64,000 bases of DNA, from the IMG/VR virus record IMGVR_UViG_3300038673_000220, positions 1 through 64,000 of that record; one strand, given 5' to 3'. Origin of the DNA: a virus (lineage: Duplodnaviria; Caudoviricetes). A program made the translations under genes and the position numbers. A model generated the notes under the pieces. It was not told the origin of the DNA and made no database searches. It saw only the letters and a list, made by a program, of their open reading frames with translations. Numbering within the stretch: position 1 is the first letter of the stretch; each line of letters begins with the position of its first letter. Shown in pieces: positions 9,177 through 19,711 of the stretch.

Positions 9177-9626
9177 TTGGAGTTATATATGCCTCAATAC
9201 ACTGATCAATTGGATGAATTAGCTGAAAGAGTGCTAGGAGATGATTTTCATAAAGATACTAAATCATCTTCAGAATTAAATAAGATCTTAGATCCATTGA
9301 GAAATTTATTTATAGAAGGAGATATTGTTGATATTGTTTGTACATCATATATTGGAGAATTTATTGGATTCAATACAAAACAAGGTGGTTTGTATCCAGG
9401 GTGGCGATATCCTCTATTAGTGAAGATAATCTCTTCAACTAATAAGCGGTTTGATCGTTGTGTTGGTTCTGTATTCGAATACACTACGGAATTTATCTAT
9501 CATAAAGAGATTTTAACTAAGGGTCTAGATGATTATTGTAATGGTTCTATTGATGAACAATTACAAGAAGATGGTAGATATATCCGATGTTTAGAATACT
9601 GGAAGCGTTTTGACAATAAAGACTAA
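9177..9626 (+). CDS. hypothetical protein
   Basis: ORF; probable start ATG 9189 after GGAG. Confidence 0.6.
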   Translation: MELYMPQYTDQLDELAERVLGDDFHKDTKSSSELNKILDPLRNLFIEGDIVDIVCTSYIGEFIGFNTKQGGLYPGWRYPLLVKIISSTNKRFDRCVGSVFEYTTEFIYHKEILTKGLDDYCNGSIDEQLQEDGRYIRCLEYWKRFDNKD

Positions 9627-9641
9627 TATGGGGGTATAGAA

Positions 9642-9967
9642 ATGTACAAAAAAGAAACGATTTAATCATCCGACAACTGATTGAAGCTTTTTCTGTTGAA
9701 ACTGAGTGTGAGTTATCACGAACAAGAGATATGTTCGTAAGTATTTATGGTATGACATTTGGACAACCGTGTACTGACTGCGCTTACAAACCATGTAGTC
9801 AACTTCATCAATTTATTACTGAGGATAAACTCACTGCACAAGGAGTTCCTGTTAAACCTAATTTAACACTTCTTACAAATAAAGAGATGGCTGATAAATG
9901 CGGGATTTCGAAACGTCAAGTGTCGAAACTTTGTATCCATGGAACCAATGACATTCGAAAGGAGTAA
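9642..9967 (+). pseudogene. small zinc/HTH protein, apparently frameshifted at an A6 run
   Basis: ATG 9642 with GGGG RBS stops after 7 codons; one extra A at 9648-9653 would join it to ORF 9731..9967 (CTDC, KEMADKCGISKRQVSK). Confidence 0.4.
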
Positions 9968-10042
9968 TCGGGTATATAATTTAAAACCTGATGGTAGATG
10001 TTATATCACTCTCTATGAAACATAGTGAAGTTTAATTAAAAA

Positions 10043-10849
10043 GTGTTGACAATGAAAACTAATAAGGAGAAAATCATGGAAGCTATCGATCTAACTAAAT
10101 TGACAAAACTCACCTGTCCGATTTGTGGAAATGTATGGTATGAAGAAGGGATTGAAGAATTCCCAAATAATGTCGTATGTAATAATCATGATATTTATGA
10201 TATAGGATCTATCCACATTGATCCAAAAAGTCAAATGTATCGTGTACTTGAAAATTTTAAAATCAATATCGATGGTAATGATACAATTATCAAAGGAGTA
10301 AGAACTGACATTGCTGGGAAGTCATTCCTGAGGTTCGTCGAACGACTTGATGATCTTCCAAAATCCCCAGTAGTTACAATTGATTCTATGTATGGGAATA
10401 CTTCACCATTTACTTGTGGACATGTGCGTTTATTCCAAATCAATTTTGAGGAATATCAGATAATTAATAACTGTAATGTATTCGAAAAGATTCCTAAAGA
10501 ATTCCCTTTTTTTGATGATTTTCCAGATTTGAAAGAGAAGCTATCGAAACTCAAATTATCTAAATTAAATTTAAATCAAGAAACTGTATTCGGCAGTCGT
10601 TTTCTTGAAAATCATCGAGTTGAAAGTCCTGATGGTAAGCATTATCAATACGATTTCTATATCTTTGGAATAATGTGTAATATGACCGAAGAATGTCGAT
10701 ATAGTATCATATATCCAGAACCAACTTCTGGATATAACAAAGATGGTGTTTTCTATCATAGTAATCCGAAACGTATTCCAAGAAATTCTATCGGGTACCA
10801 TATTAGAATATCTGATATAGATTATTCAATCGAAAAAATCTTGGAGTAA
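10043..10849 (+). CDS. hypothetical protein with N-terminal CPIC zinc ribbon
   Basis: RBS AAGGAG before ATG 10076. Confidence 0.65.
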   Translation: MLTMKTNKEKIMEAIDLTKLTKLTCPICGNVWYEEGIEEFPNNVVCNNHDIYDIGSIHIDPKSQMYRVLENFKINIDGNDTIIKGVRTDIAGKSFLRFVERLDDLPKSPVVTIDSMYGNTSPFTCGHVRLFQINFEEYQIINNCNVFEKIPKEFPFFDDFPDLKEKLSKLKLSKLNLNQETVFGSRFLENHRVESPDGKHYQYDFYIFGIMCNMTEECRYSIIYPEPTSGYNKDGVFYHSNPKRIPRNSIGYHIRISDIDYSIEKILE

Positions 10850-10953
10850 AGTACGTCATCGTTATATGCCCGATATGTGGAAACCATTTTAAATGTCTTC
10901 CAGAAGATTCGTGCCTTGTTAGTAGATCGAGTAGAAAAAATCGTAGGATAAGT

Positions 10954-11532
10954 ATGTGTTCAAAAGAATGCTCTATGATTTATAATACGACAATACGGTC
11001 ACCTAAAAAATATGAAAATCTTCGAAGATGGATTGAGAATAATCAAGCTTATAAATTCATAAGAGTTTGGGATGATGGTAGATCCGTTGACATTGAAATC
11101 ATTAATGAAAATATGCTTAATTTCGATTTCATGAGAGATTATAAGCATCTTATCGATTTTGAATCTGCTAATTATAAACCTGAAATCTACCGTTTAACAA
11201 ATTGCTTAAAATACTACAACGAAGGTAAGAATAAGAGTGAGATAGCTGAATTGATGCACGTTAAGATTGGCTGTGTTTCGAATTGGATAGATAAATTACG
11301 ATCCATTGACTTTGATCTTAACAGATATGATGAGATAAATAGTCTGATAGCTAATAAATCAAAAACTAGATATAATCAAATAACAAATCTTTTAGATGAA
11401 GGGTATAATAATTATCAAGTATCTAAGATTCTTAATATTTCACCATCAACTGTATTGAGAGTTTTGCGAAGATTCAATGACGATCGAGCTAATTCAGCAT
11501 TAATTGTAAGTGAAGCTAATATATCTGAATGA
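10954..11532 (+). CDS. double-HTH DNA-binding protein
   Basis: KSEIAELMHVKIGCVSNW and NYQVSKILNISPSTVLR; the frame stays open upstream (ICPICG at ~10864) with no ATG. Confidence 0.65.
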   Translation: MCSKECSMIYNTTIRSPKKYENLRRWIENNQAYKFIRVWDDGRSVDIEIINENMLNFDFMRDYKHLIDFESANYKPEIYRLTNCLKYYNEGKNKSEIAELMHVKIGCVSNWIDKLRSIDFDLNRYDEINSLIANKSKTRYNQITNLLDEGYNNYQVSKILNISPSTVLRVLRRFNDDRANSALIVSEANISE

Positions 11533-11536
11533 TTCA

Positions 11537-11568
11537 AGATGATAGGTGATTCAGTTCACCTATCATCT
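11537..11568 (+). terminator. hairpin
   Basis: AGATGATAGGTGA-loop-TCACCTATCATCT. Confidence 0.65.
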
Positions 11569-11636
11569 AATATTTTATAAAGCTTGAATATTATTATAGA
11601 GGCTTTCAATAATCAATCAATTTAAAAGGTCCTATC

Positions 11637-12086
11637 ATGTCAAGGCATTATCATATCGGTGAGATCGTTTATGTAGTACGTTTCAATACGAACAAAGGTC
11701 ATAAAGGTTTTGTTCATCCGCTGTATATAAATTCAATCGATGATGTTGAGATTGAGAGATGTCGATGTGAAGAAGATTTTGAAGATTATGCTGTATTCAA
11801 AGATAGTAATGGTGATACTTTATTTCACTATTATGATAGAGTGAGTTATGGAAAACATATCGACTGTATGATATTCATTACTGAAAATGGTGAGGAATAT
11901 TCGGAAGTTGAAAAGTACGTTAGGTTAGTGAGTAAATCTAATAGGAAATTTCGTCGCCATATAAAATACTCAATCATTGTAGATAGGCTTAATGAAAAGA
12001 AACGTATTATAAGAAATCAAATCAATGTTATTCGAGATATAACATTTAAAGTATGCGAGCTTGATGTAGATGAAATCGCCGCATGA
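11637..12086 (+). CDS. hypothetical protein
   Basis: ORF with AAGG RBS. Confidence 0.6.
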   Translation: MSRHYHIGEIVYVVRFNTNKGHKGFVHPLYINSIDDVEIERCRCEEDFEDYAVFKDSNGDTLFHYYDRVSYGKHIDCMIFITENGEEYSEVEKYVRLVSKSNRKFRRHIKYSIIVDRLNEKKRIIRNQINVIRDITFKVCELDVDEIAA

Positions 12087-12098
12087 TTGTATTTTTAA

Positions 12099-12109
12099 AT
12101 ATATATCAT
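12099..12109 (+). promoter_or_regulatory. ATATATATCAT promoter motif
   Basis: Recurring motif about 50 bp upstream of a strong RBS. Confidence 0.7.
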
Positions 12110-12159
12110 TAATTTGATATTTACTTTAGAATTCAGCATATTACTAATAAGGAGAGATC

Positions 12160-12342
12160 ATGAAAGGGAATTCGTCATGCCATACATTTACTAAATCTGG
12201 GGCAGCTAACTATGATCAGATCGAATGGTCGAATGAAGGCTGTCAATTTAAGAAATCTATTGGTAAACGCAGATTCGTCTGTATGAAGAACGACGCTAGA
12301 GATTGTTTGGAATCCCAATGTACCCTCAAAGACCAAAAGTGA
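12160..12342 (+). CDS. small Cys-rich protein
   Basis: RBS TAAGGAG. Confidence 0.6.
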   Translation: MKGNSSCHTFTKSGAANYDQIEWSNEGCQFKKSIGKRRFVCMKNDARDCLESQCTLKDQK

Positions 12343-12348
12343 AATAAA

Positions 12349-13071
12349 ATGACTATAAGACAACTGACTGATAATGAATACGATGAGTATGTTCGACGTA
12401 TCCAAGAACGCTTTACTTCGAATATCAAAGATAGAACCATCTTCAAAACAGATGCTGCAAATCTTTGGTCACGATGTTTTCTAGCTAATATCGATGGGCG
12501 TTTTCGTCAACAGTATAACTGTATCGAGTGTCGAGAATTTATAAAAAGCTATGGATCATTAGTTGTACTTGATCCAGAAATCAAAGGATTTAAATCAGCT
12601 ATCTGGAATGAAGATGATACTCCAATGATATTTAAGGAATCAGTTCGTTCTATGATAGAAGCTATAAATAAATCCTTTATTCAAGGTATCTTTTTCAGTA
12701 GTAATCGTCGCCTTGGATGTTCTCAGTGTGGAGGACTATCTCATCTATCATTGATGTTACCGGAAGATCATGTATCATGTACAGATACTCCAAAAATAAT
12801 GACGTATGAGAAACTTAAAGATAAAATCTACCTCATGAAAGCTATCAAGAAAATAGATGTAGATTTATTCATGGAGATCGATCCACCTGATAATAATCTG
12901 ACAGATAGGCAGAAATGGTTCAATGACATAATTCGAGTGTATTCTGAAAAGGATATTAGTAAATGTCAATGGAATTCATTCATTTGGTGTAAAGTGTCTA
13001 ATTATCCTCATGATTTCTGTAGGATATGTGACACAAATGATTGGAGTTTTTACAAACAATTCGTAGAATAA
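12349..13071 (+). CDS. hypothetical protein with a CxxC motif
   Basis: RQQYNCIECREFIKSYGSLV. Confidence 0.65.
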   Translation: MTIRQLTDNEYDEYVRRIQERFTSNIKDRTIFKTDAANLWSRCFLANIDGRFRQQYNCIECREFIKSYGSLVVLDPEIKGFKSAIWNEDDTPMIFKESVRSMIEAINKSFIQGIFFSSNRRLGCSQCGGLSHLSLMLPEDHVSCTDTPKIMTYEKLKDKIYLMKAIKKIDVDLFMEIDPPDNNLTDRQKWFNDIIRVYSEKDISKCQWNSFIWCKVSNYPHDFCRICDTNDWSFYKQFVE

Positions 13072-13082
13072 AATCTATCACT

Positions 13083-13106
13083 GGGTGCATCATATTTGAT
13101 GCACCC
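13083..13106 (+). terminator. hairpin
   Basis: GGGTGCATCA-TATT-TGATGCACCC. Confidence 0.55.
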
Positions 13107-13111
13107 ATTCA

Positions 13112-13567
13112 TTGGAGAATGTTATGATAACTATCGAGAATATCGGAATCCAGTTTGATTCAAATGTGTTTAATGTAGCTTCAACGATAATCGCTGAAAA
13201 CATTATTGAAGATGATAAAAATTGCATTATTCAATTTTGTTTAAACAAACTCAAAATAGAGCGTTTATCTCCAAAATTAAGTAAGGAGTTAACATTAATA
13301 CTCGTTGATAATTTTGGAGTATTGAAAGCAAGATACGTGAATGGATCAGCTTTTATAAATTTCAAATATGATAAGTTATCCAAACGCGTAATCCTTGATG
13401 ATCCATCATCTCACAACTATCCTGATTATTCTTATATCGCGTCGATTCTCAAAAATAATCATTTCACAATAGCGAGTACTTGTGAAATCATTAAAGAGAT
13501 TTTCATCATAAGTGATGAAGATCTTAAACGTCTAATAGGTGATTACGATGATAAAGAGATTCACTAA
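13112..13567 (+). CDS. hypothetical protein
   Basis: ORF; GGAG RBS favours the ATG at 13124. Confidence 0.55.
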   Translation: MENVMITIENIGIQFDSNVFNVASTIIAENIIEDDKNCIIQFCLNKLKIERLSPKLSKELTLILVDNFGVLKARYVNGSAFINFKYDKLSKRVILDDPSSHNYPDYSYIASILKNNHFTIASTCEIIKEIFIISDEDLKRLIGDYDDKEIH

Positions 13568-14114
13568 CTTCTCTATAGAAATTGATAATAACCACTTTTG
13601 TAAACCGAATATCAAATCATTTGATAATGATTCAGTACTAGCAGATATTGATGTCAACGTTACTGGGTCTATATTAGATGCTATTGAAATAGATGATGAT
13701 GTTTTCTGTATTAACGATGGTGGGTTCAGCTCTCATAAAGATAAAAAACAACCATTCATCTTCAACGACTACTTTGAGCTTGTTAAATTATCTTCAGATT
13801 TCTCAAGCTTCAAAAAGATATCTCGTCATTATGAAAACCTTTATAAGATCCTTGGTATATTTTCTGATGGACGTCAGATATTTATACCGATCATCTTTTG
13901 TAATGAAGGGTTCGTAACTATCGAAGTACATCAATTCTCAAGCGATCTTATTTTTATTAAAAGAAACTTCTGCTTGATGCTGGAAAAGGGTCGTAAACAT
14001 TTCATACCTAATATCCATTTCATAAGACGAAAACGGTGCCTATTTGTTATAAATTTTGCTGATATAGCTATCATCAATAACGTATCTCAAACTGAAATCG
14101 AGGTTGAATTATGA
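13539..14114 (+). CDS. hypothetical protein
   Basis: In operon. Confidence 0.55.
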   Translation: MITMIKRFTNFSIEIDNNHFCKPNIKSFDNDSVLADIDVNVTGSILDAIEIDDDVFCINDGGFSSHKDKKQPFIFNDYFELVKLSSDFSSFKKISRHYENLYKILGIFSDGRQIFIPIIFCNEGFVTIEVHQFSSDLIFIKRNFCLMLEKGRKHFIPNIHFIRRKRCLFVINFADIAIINNVSQTEIEVEL

Positions 14115-14356
14115 TCATCAATGGTGATAAACTGAATAAGAGGGCTAAAAGTACATTCAATCGTCAGCTTTTTGTTAATACACTCTTAGTCCAAATAATT
14201 TGGATTGTAGTAGTTACTGTCAAGATGAATACAACAACTAAGGATATACTATTTTGTATAGCAATCCTTTATGGATTTATTTCTCCGATTATGATATGCT
14301 TAGAAAGGGTACTTATCGAAATCATCAAAGAAAATATCAGGAAGGTTCATTTATAA
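14111..14356 (+). CDS. small two-TM membrane protein
   Basis: Two hydrophobic helices; ATGA overlap. Confidence 0.6.
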   Translation: MIINGDKLNKRAKSTFNRQLFVNTLLVQIIWIVVVTVKMNTTTKDILFCIAILYGFISPIMICLERVLIEIIKENIRKVHL

Positions 14357-14601
14357 TGCTAACAAAGAAAGAGAAGGAGATAGCTAAAAAGAGTAAAGAT
14401 TTATCAATAGCTATGTATATCATTTTCTTGATACTAGCTAATATATACCAATTCTACACAAGGAATACAGATACAGATATTTATCCTTGGAATGTTTTTG
14501 GATTCTTAGTAAACACATTATTCTGGTTATGTCTACTTAACGCTATCTCTTATAATCTGATAGCTGAATTGGTAGTTCGGAAGTTTACGCTAAAAAAGTG
14601 A
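14356..14601 (+). CDS. small two-TM membrane protein
   Basis: TAATG coupling gives start 14356 (MLTKKEK...). Confidence 0.6.
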   Translation: MLTKKEKEIAKKSKDLSIAMYIIFLILANIYQFYTRNTDTDIYPWNVFGFLVNTLFWLCLLNAISYNLIAELVVRKFTLKK

Positions 14602-14604
14602 ATC

Positions 14605-14636
14605 GAAGATCAAGGAGCATCAGCTCCTTGATCTTC
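14605..14636. terminator. terminator between convergent genes
   Basis: GAAGATCAAGGAGC-ATCA-GCTCCTTGATCTTC. Confidence 0.85.
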
Positions 14637-14645
14637 TTTATTTTT

Positions 14646-15884
14646 TTATATTCCGCTGAAACTTGTGAGTGTTATATAAAGAGCTAGGGCGATACCTAAT
14701 CCAGATACAGTACTTTCACGAGAAGATATCTTTAATCTATTACAAAGGTGATTAAAAGAATTCCTTACATCGATAAGCTCTTTATTATTAGTTCTAGCAG
14801 CAGTGAAGAGATTCTTAACATGCGTATAAACACTGATCTTACTGTTAATATTAACAGTTTTACTTTGGATCGCGGTTGAATAGATGATATGGATAAGATG
14901 CTCCATAAACACTTCTATACCAATATACAAATCTTTCTTCGTATCAACTTTCGTAGTTTCACCACGCTCCATCTGAAAACGTGCTTCATCTGATAGAGCT
15001 GAGAGCATCCTTCTGATAATACTCTCATTCAAACGAGGTACATTGCTTTGCACCATCTTGATGAATTTTTCATCTATGAAAGATTGCTTCATGATGATTT
15101 TATCAAAGACGAAAGAACTGATAGAAGAAAATCCACCACTTGTTTCTCGTATGATTTTTTCACCATCGATCGAAGAAGTTGATGAATGTGACGTTATGAA
15201 AGTATTCGTCTTTTTCATCTCGTAATAAGCGGAAGTTATCACCTTGATTTGGCTCCTGATTCGTGTAGACGTATCGCTTATCAGGTAGAGGATATCTTTA
15301 TCAACATTGAACTTTAAAATCGTGTTGTGGTGAGCTTTATTATCGAAAGCTAAAGATTTCGATCTTTCGATGATAACGTTCTTCCAAGATTCATACTGCC
15401 GTATAGAGAATTTGAGATTCAAAGATTCAACAACCGATTGCATGATATCATCACTAGCACCATGAGGATAGTAATGATTCACAACACTACTGATCAATCG
15501 GTATTGCATGTAGTTTAAGATATCAACAACAGCAGCTTCTCTTAATTTCTGATTATTACGATCGTTGATGATAAGATAAGCTAAATAGATCGTTATAAGA
15601 TTAAGAGCATCGCTCGTAACTTTGAAATCGATATTGATTGATGGTATCTTCTTAATAACACTATTAACGAAAACCTCATCGTAACCAATGATATCAAAGA
15701 ACAGCTTTCGATCAGTTGATGTAAAAATGAACTTATTCACACCGATGATCTGTGAGTTTAACGTGAGTGGATGCTCTCCACGTATTTCAAACAAAAGAAC
15801 CATTTTCCTTAATTGATTAAGGAGATCTGGTGTTATTTTGATAGGTATTTCTTTAGATAAGATATCGTAAATATGATGGGTCAT
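14646..15884 (-). CDS. probable core or virion protein in the terminase operon
   Basis: 412-aa ORF in the same orientation, downstream of terminase. Confidence 0.6.
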   Translation of the reverse strand: MTHHIYDILSKEIPIKITPDLLNQLRKMVLLFEIRGEHPLTLNSQIIGVNKFIFTSTDRKLFFDIIGYDEVFVNSVIKKIPSINIDFKVTSDALNLITIYLAYLIINDRNNQKLREAAVVDILNYMQYRLISSVVNHYYPHGASDDIMQSVVESLNLKFSIRQYESWKNVIIERSKSLAFDNKAHHNTILKFNVDKDILYLISDTSTRIRSQIKVITSAYYEMKKTNTFITSHSSTSSIDGEKIIRETSGGFSSISSFVFDKIIMKQSFIDEKFIKMVQSNVPRLNESIIRRMLSALSDEARFQMERGETTKVDTKKDLYIGIEVFMEHLIHIIYSTAIQSKTVNINSKISVYTHVKNLFTAARTNNKELIDVRNSFNHLCNRLKISSRESTVSGLGIALALYITLTSFSGI

Positions 15885-15895
15885 CTAAATCATCC

Positions 15896-17545
15896 TTATT
15901 TTGAATTGATAAGGAATTTGATACGATTCGAGTAATAGAAACTCTTATTACTCAACATATCATCAAGATATTCGAAAAGTTGCGTATATTCCTTATAAGG
16001 ATTATTCTTAGAGAAAATGTTGATTCCTTTCTCAAGAGTCTTAGGTAATATCTCTAAGATGAAACGAAGAGTTTTCTCAATAGCATTGAACTCGAATCGA
16101 CTACGATTATGACTTAAAGCGTTTTCCATGTAATCAATATCGTTCAGAATACTCTGTTTGATATTATCTGGAATATCACGTTGTTTAAGTACGTCGTGGA
16201 GATTGTTAATGTTTCTTCTTAGACGAGTGTTTATTTCTTCATATTCAGATGTCACACCATCGATCTTTAGATTTATCAGATAATTTATAATTATAAATGG
16301 ACTACGAACCGTTACAGAAACGAAACGTAAAAATCTACTGTCTCTGATAGCTTTATTGAACACAGGCTTCATAGAGGGTATTTTTTCTATTTCATCAGCT
16401 ATTCGGTATGAATTTATCAAACCAGAATTGAGATATTTACCCATTTGATATCGACTAACATATTCATCAGCCAATCGTTCTAATAATGAAGTATTTTTAT
16501 TTGTAGCAATATCTCGAGTCATGAATTTATCAACAGATTCTTTGTTTATCATGATAAATTCTCTGGTGCCAAATAAACATAATATATTAAAGATAATCAT
16601 TGAATATAGTGTAAGATAGAATAATATTGAAAGTATTAAAAATGATGGTATACCGGATTTATATTCGCCACTTTCATCAATATTTTCAATATCATTGAGA
16701 TAAGGTTCTATTTTATCAACCAATTTCTTAGAGACATTAGTGAATTTAGCGTACTTCTTTTCTTTATCACGTTTCTCGATTTCTGAAGACATCTTCTTTA
16801 TTTCAGAGATAGTCTTCTTTGGATCATTTTTTACAAGTTCTTTAATATCTCTAAGAGAGTTATTTCCGAAGTAACCAAGATACATACTATCCTTCATGTA
16901 TTCGATGATCGTCATGATGTGACCAATCTCATGCATGAAAATAGCAACGATTTCTTCAGGCTTGAAATTCAGATCTTTTGTGATTATATCGGTTATACAA
17001 AATGCGCCAAGAGGTACATTGATGTTTATCTTCAATGCGTTATTATCGGAAAGCTTACCAGTCTTCTTATCAAGAGATTCGCTCATCTTGATAATATTAT
17101 CAGTTAAATCACCAACCTTACTACTCTTGAAATTAGTTCCTTCAGATTTATAATACAATGATACGATTTCTTCGAGTTCTTCTTCAGGATTAGCGATTTG
17201 CATCCAAAATCCTAAAACACCATTGAAATCTTTAGGAGTACAAACAGTTAATTCATTAACAGTAAATCCAGTATATTTAGTTATAGTCTTTTTGAAAATA
17301 GGGGCAACCTCTTTCAAGAAGTATTCTCTGAATCTGCTGTATTTTAAAGCAGCTTCTCCAGGGTTGTTTATTTTCCCATATTTTTCATCATAACGTCTAG
17401 CGAACTCAAAACACATGTTAATAACGTTTGTTAACTCTTTTGGAAAAGCGCTATTAACTTGAAAATTGATAGCCTCCAATGAACCATCACAACAGTTATA
17501 AAAAACATCGGAACCCATCAATTGTTTAGTCGTATCTAAAAGCAT
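15896..17545 (-). CDS. virion protein with HExxH zinc-peptidase motif (phiKZ gp026-like position)
   Basis: FMHEIGH, ERLADEY; N-terminal SLE head-protease site; directly downstream of terminase. Confidence 0.65.
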   Translation of the reverse strand: MLLDTTKQLMGSDVFYNCCDGSLEAINFQVNSAFPKELTNVINMCFEFARRYDEKYGKINNPGEAALKYSRFREYFLKEVAPIFKKTITKYTGFTVNELTVCTPKDFNGVLGFWMQIANPEEELEEIVSLYYKSEGTNFKSSKVGDLTDNIIKMSESLDKKTGKLSDNNALKININVPLGAFCITDIITKDLNFKPEEIVAIFMHEIGHIMTIIEYMKDSMYLGYFGNNSLRDIKELVKNDPKKTISEIKKMSSEIEKRDKEKKYAKFTNVSKKLVDKIEPYLNDIENIDESGEYKSGIPSFLILSILFYLTLYSMIIFNILCLFGTREFIMINKESVDKFMTRDIATNKNTSLLERLADEYVSRYQMGKYLNSGLINSYRIADEIEKIPSMKPVFNKAIRDSRFLRFVSVTVRSPFIIINYLINLKIDGVTSEYEEINTRLRRNINNLHDVLKQRDIPDNIKQSILNDIDYMENALSHNRSRFEFNAIEKTLRFILEILPKTLEKGINIFSKNNPYKEYTQLFEYLDDMLSNKSFYYSNRIKFLINSK

Positions 17546-17555
17546 TGTTTGAACC

Positions 17556-19697
17556 TCATAGTTGTGAAAAGTATTGGCTTACGTTATAACTCTTTTCAAA
17601 AAGAGTTGTTCCTTGGATAGGTACCTGCTTGGGTTTCAACTGAGAAACTGATTGGATCGATATCAACTTATCATCCATATCCTTAGGTAATTTCTGTTTC
17701 AAAGCATTCGCTTCTTGAAGCAACTCAACCCTAACAGCTGAATTCGTAGCTCCTTTAGCTTGTTTGTTCAGAAGATCTATCCTAGCTTTCATTTCAGTCA
17801 GTATCCCAAGATCTATATTATTTCCAGAGCTTTCCTCATCAACAGGAAGATCGTGCAATATCCTATCAAGATCACCTTTGCAGAAATCGTACATCTGCAA
17901 ATTGTTTCCAAAGAATAAAAGAAACCCTGTTAATATATAAGCGATAACGCTATCATCGTTCCCACCACTCGCATGATCAATCCTACCATTCTTTACTGTT
18001 AACCCACCTATCTGACTGATAAGGGAAATATCATTTACCCTATCACTAGCTATTCCTAATACATGCTTAAATACAGTCTTATAGAGGAAAGGTCTACTTT
18101 GACCAGATGTCCTGAATCCAAATGATGATCGATAATCATTATAAAATCCTGGACGATAAAGTTCAGCTTTCGTTATTTCTTTATTATCAAAGTCTTGAAT
18201 AACTGTATTGTAAATCCTAAAGAAAGGATTGATACCAGCTTGTTCCAATTTCAATAAGCAGTAGTCGACGATAGCGCAACCAACACTGTTTCTCTCAGGG
18301 ATATAAACAATATTGTCATACTCTATCAAATATTTAACGACGAACATGGCGACCTTAATGATATTCGTCGTATTACATACAGCTGTTCCTATAACTTCCA
18401 TATTCCTCGCATCAGTAAAAACGAAACTTGTAAAGTCCCGTCCAACATTCTCAGATGCATCCATACCTAAAGCTATAGGGATCTTACCGAATTCCGATTT
18501 GAGTTTAACAATCTCTTTAGGTATATACCATTTGATCATGAACTCATCAACGTATTGGATATATTTAGGTTCACTCTTGCTTTTATTCAAAGAGTCTAAG
18601 ATTTTCTTTTCAAGAGGGCTCTTTTTACCAGTACCGAATGTCCACATATTCAAATAGTCGTTGGCTATCTTATTATCATCACCAGCGGTTCTTGCAGCTT
18701 TTTCTCTAAACCATTCATCAGTCTTTCCAAGTTGTCTATAGTTGTATTCACAATAAACCATTCCTTGAGGGCTATTCATCTTTACGATCTTCGTAAGTTC
18801 TTCATTATCTTTAAGATCATAAAGCTGTTCATTGAATACTAATGAATTACTTATAAGCTTATGAGTGAATTCACCTTCATCAGTATTCAGAGCTCCAGCA
18901 GTAGTTGTTAGAATATTACCATAAGGTTGATTATTTACTCGAGCTGATTCGATTGCAGCGTTTGTTGTAGAGATAGCTACAGGATAAGTGATGTTGATAT
19001 TCGGGAAAAATGCAGGCTCATCCCAATGTTGACTTGGAACGGTCATACCACGACCAAGACGATCAGCACCTTGTTTTCCTAATTGGGCAACGAATGTTAT
19101 GTATTTGTTATTTAGAGCATTATACGATATACTTTCAGTATTATTTGTATCAGTTCGTTGTTTATTTATAAACCAGTCTGGTAGACAATCTCGGATATTT
19201 TTTAAACGTTCAACGTTCTCTTTACGTAAAGCATCATCTTTAGTTAATAGAGCGAATGTTATGTTTGTTCCAATAACAAAAATGATAGCTGATGTAATTG
19301 ATATACTTCCGATAGTTTTACCTAACTGACGTGGCATGATCAATAGATTATCAGTATGATTAAAGTATAACCAAATCATTGCAAGATTAGCTCTTGATAA
19401 TCTAAACATAGATCCAGTTGATCCAGATTCAGGTATCCTTAATATTGATCGAAAATAATACCACGGATTATTCTTAGCTTCTTGAGCGATCCTTAGTTTT
19501 AATTCAAGTGAGTCGTCTTTAAGATTATGCGGATCTATACCTCGAAGATCTTTATCAAGTAGAACTAGGAAGAATCTATTATTCCGTATACCCATCTTTT
19601 TAAGAATCAGATACATCCTTAAGAAACTTTTGTTATTTGTATCGTAATCAAAATGGTCTGACGATAAAAACAGGTATTCTTGTTCGAATAAAATCAT
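17556..19697 (-). CDS. terL: terminase large subunit (phiKZ gp025-like)
   Basis: Walker A PRQLGKT, Walker B HWDEPAF, TTTAG, nuclease motifs GMDASE, IPERN, NDDSVIA. Confidence 0.92.
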   Translation of the reverse strand: MILFEQEYLFLSSDHFDYDTNNKSFLRMYLILKKMGIRNNRFFLVLLDKDLRGIDPHNLKDDSLELKLRIAQEAKNNPWYYFRSILRIPESGSTGSMFRLSRANLAMIWLYFNHTDNLLIMPRQLGKTIGSISITSAIIFVIGTNITFALLTKDDALRKENVERLKNIRDCLPDWFINKQRTDTNNTESISYNALNNKYITFVAQLGKQGADRLGRGMTVPSQHWDEPAFFPNINITYPVAISTTNAAIESARVNNQPYGNILTTTAGALNTDEGEFTHKLISNSLVFNEQLYDLKDNEELTKIVKMNSPQGMVYCEYNYRQLGKTDEWFREKAARTAGDDNKIANDYLNMWTFGTGKKSPLEKKILDSLNKSKSEPKYIQYVDEFMIKWYIPKEIVKLKSEFGKIPIALGMDASENVGRDFTSFVFTDARNMEVIGTAVCNTTNIIKVAMFVVKYLIEYDNIVYIPERNSVGCAIVDYCLLKLEQAGINPFFRIYNTVIQDFDNKEITKAELYRPGFYNDYRSSFGFRTSGQSRPFLYKTVFKHVLGIASDRVNDISLISQIGGLTVKNGRIDHASGGNDDSVIAYILTGFLLFFGNNLQMYDFCKGDLDRILHDLPVDEESSGNNIDLGILTEMKARIDLLNKQAKGATNSAVRVELLQEANALKQKLPKDMDDKLISIQSVSQLKPKQVPIQGTTLFEKSYNVSQYFSQL

Positions 19698-19711
19698 AAA
19701 AACCTCATTAG

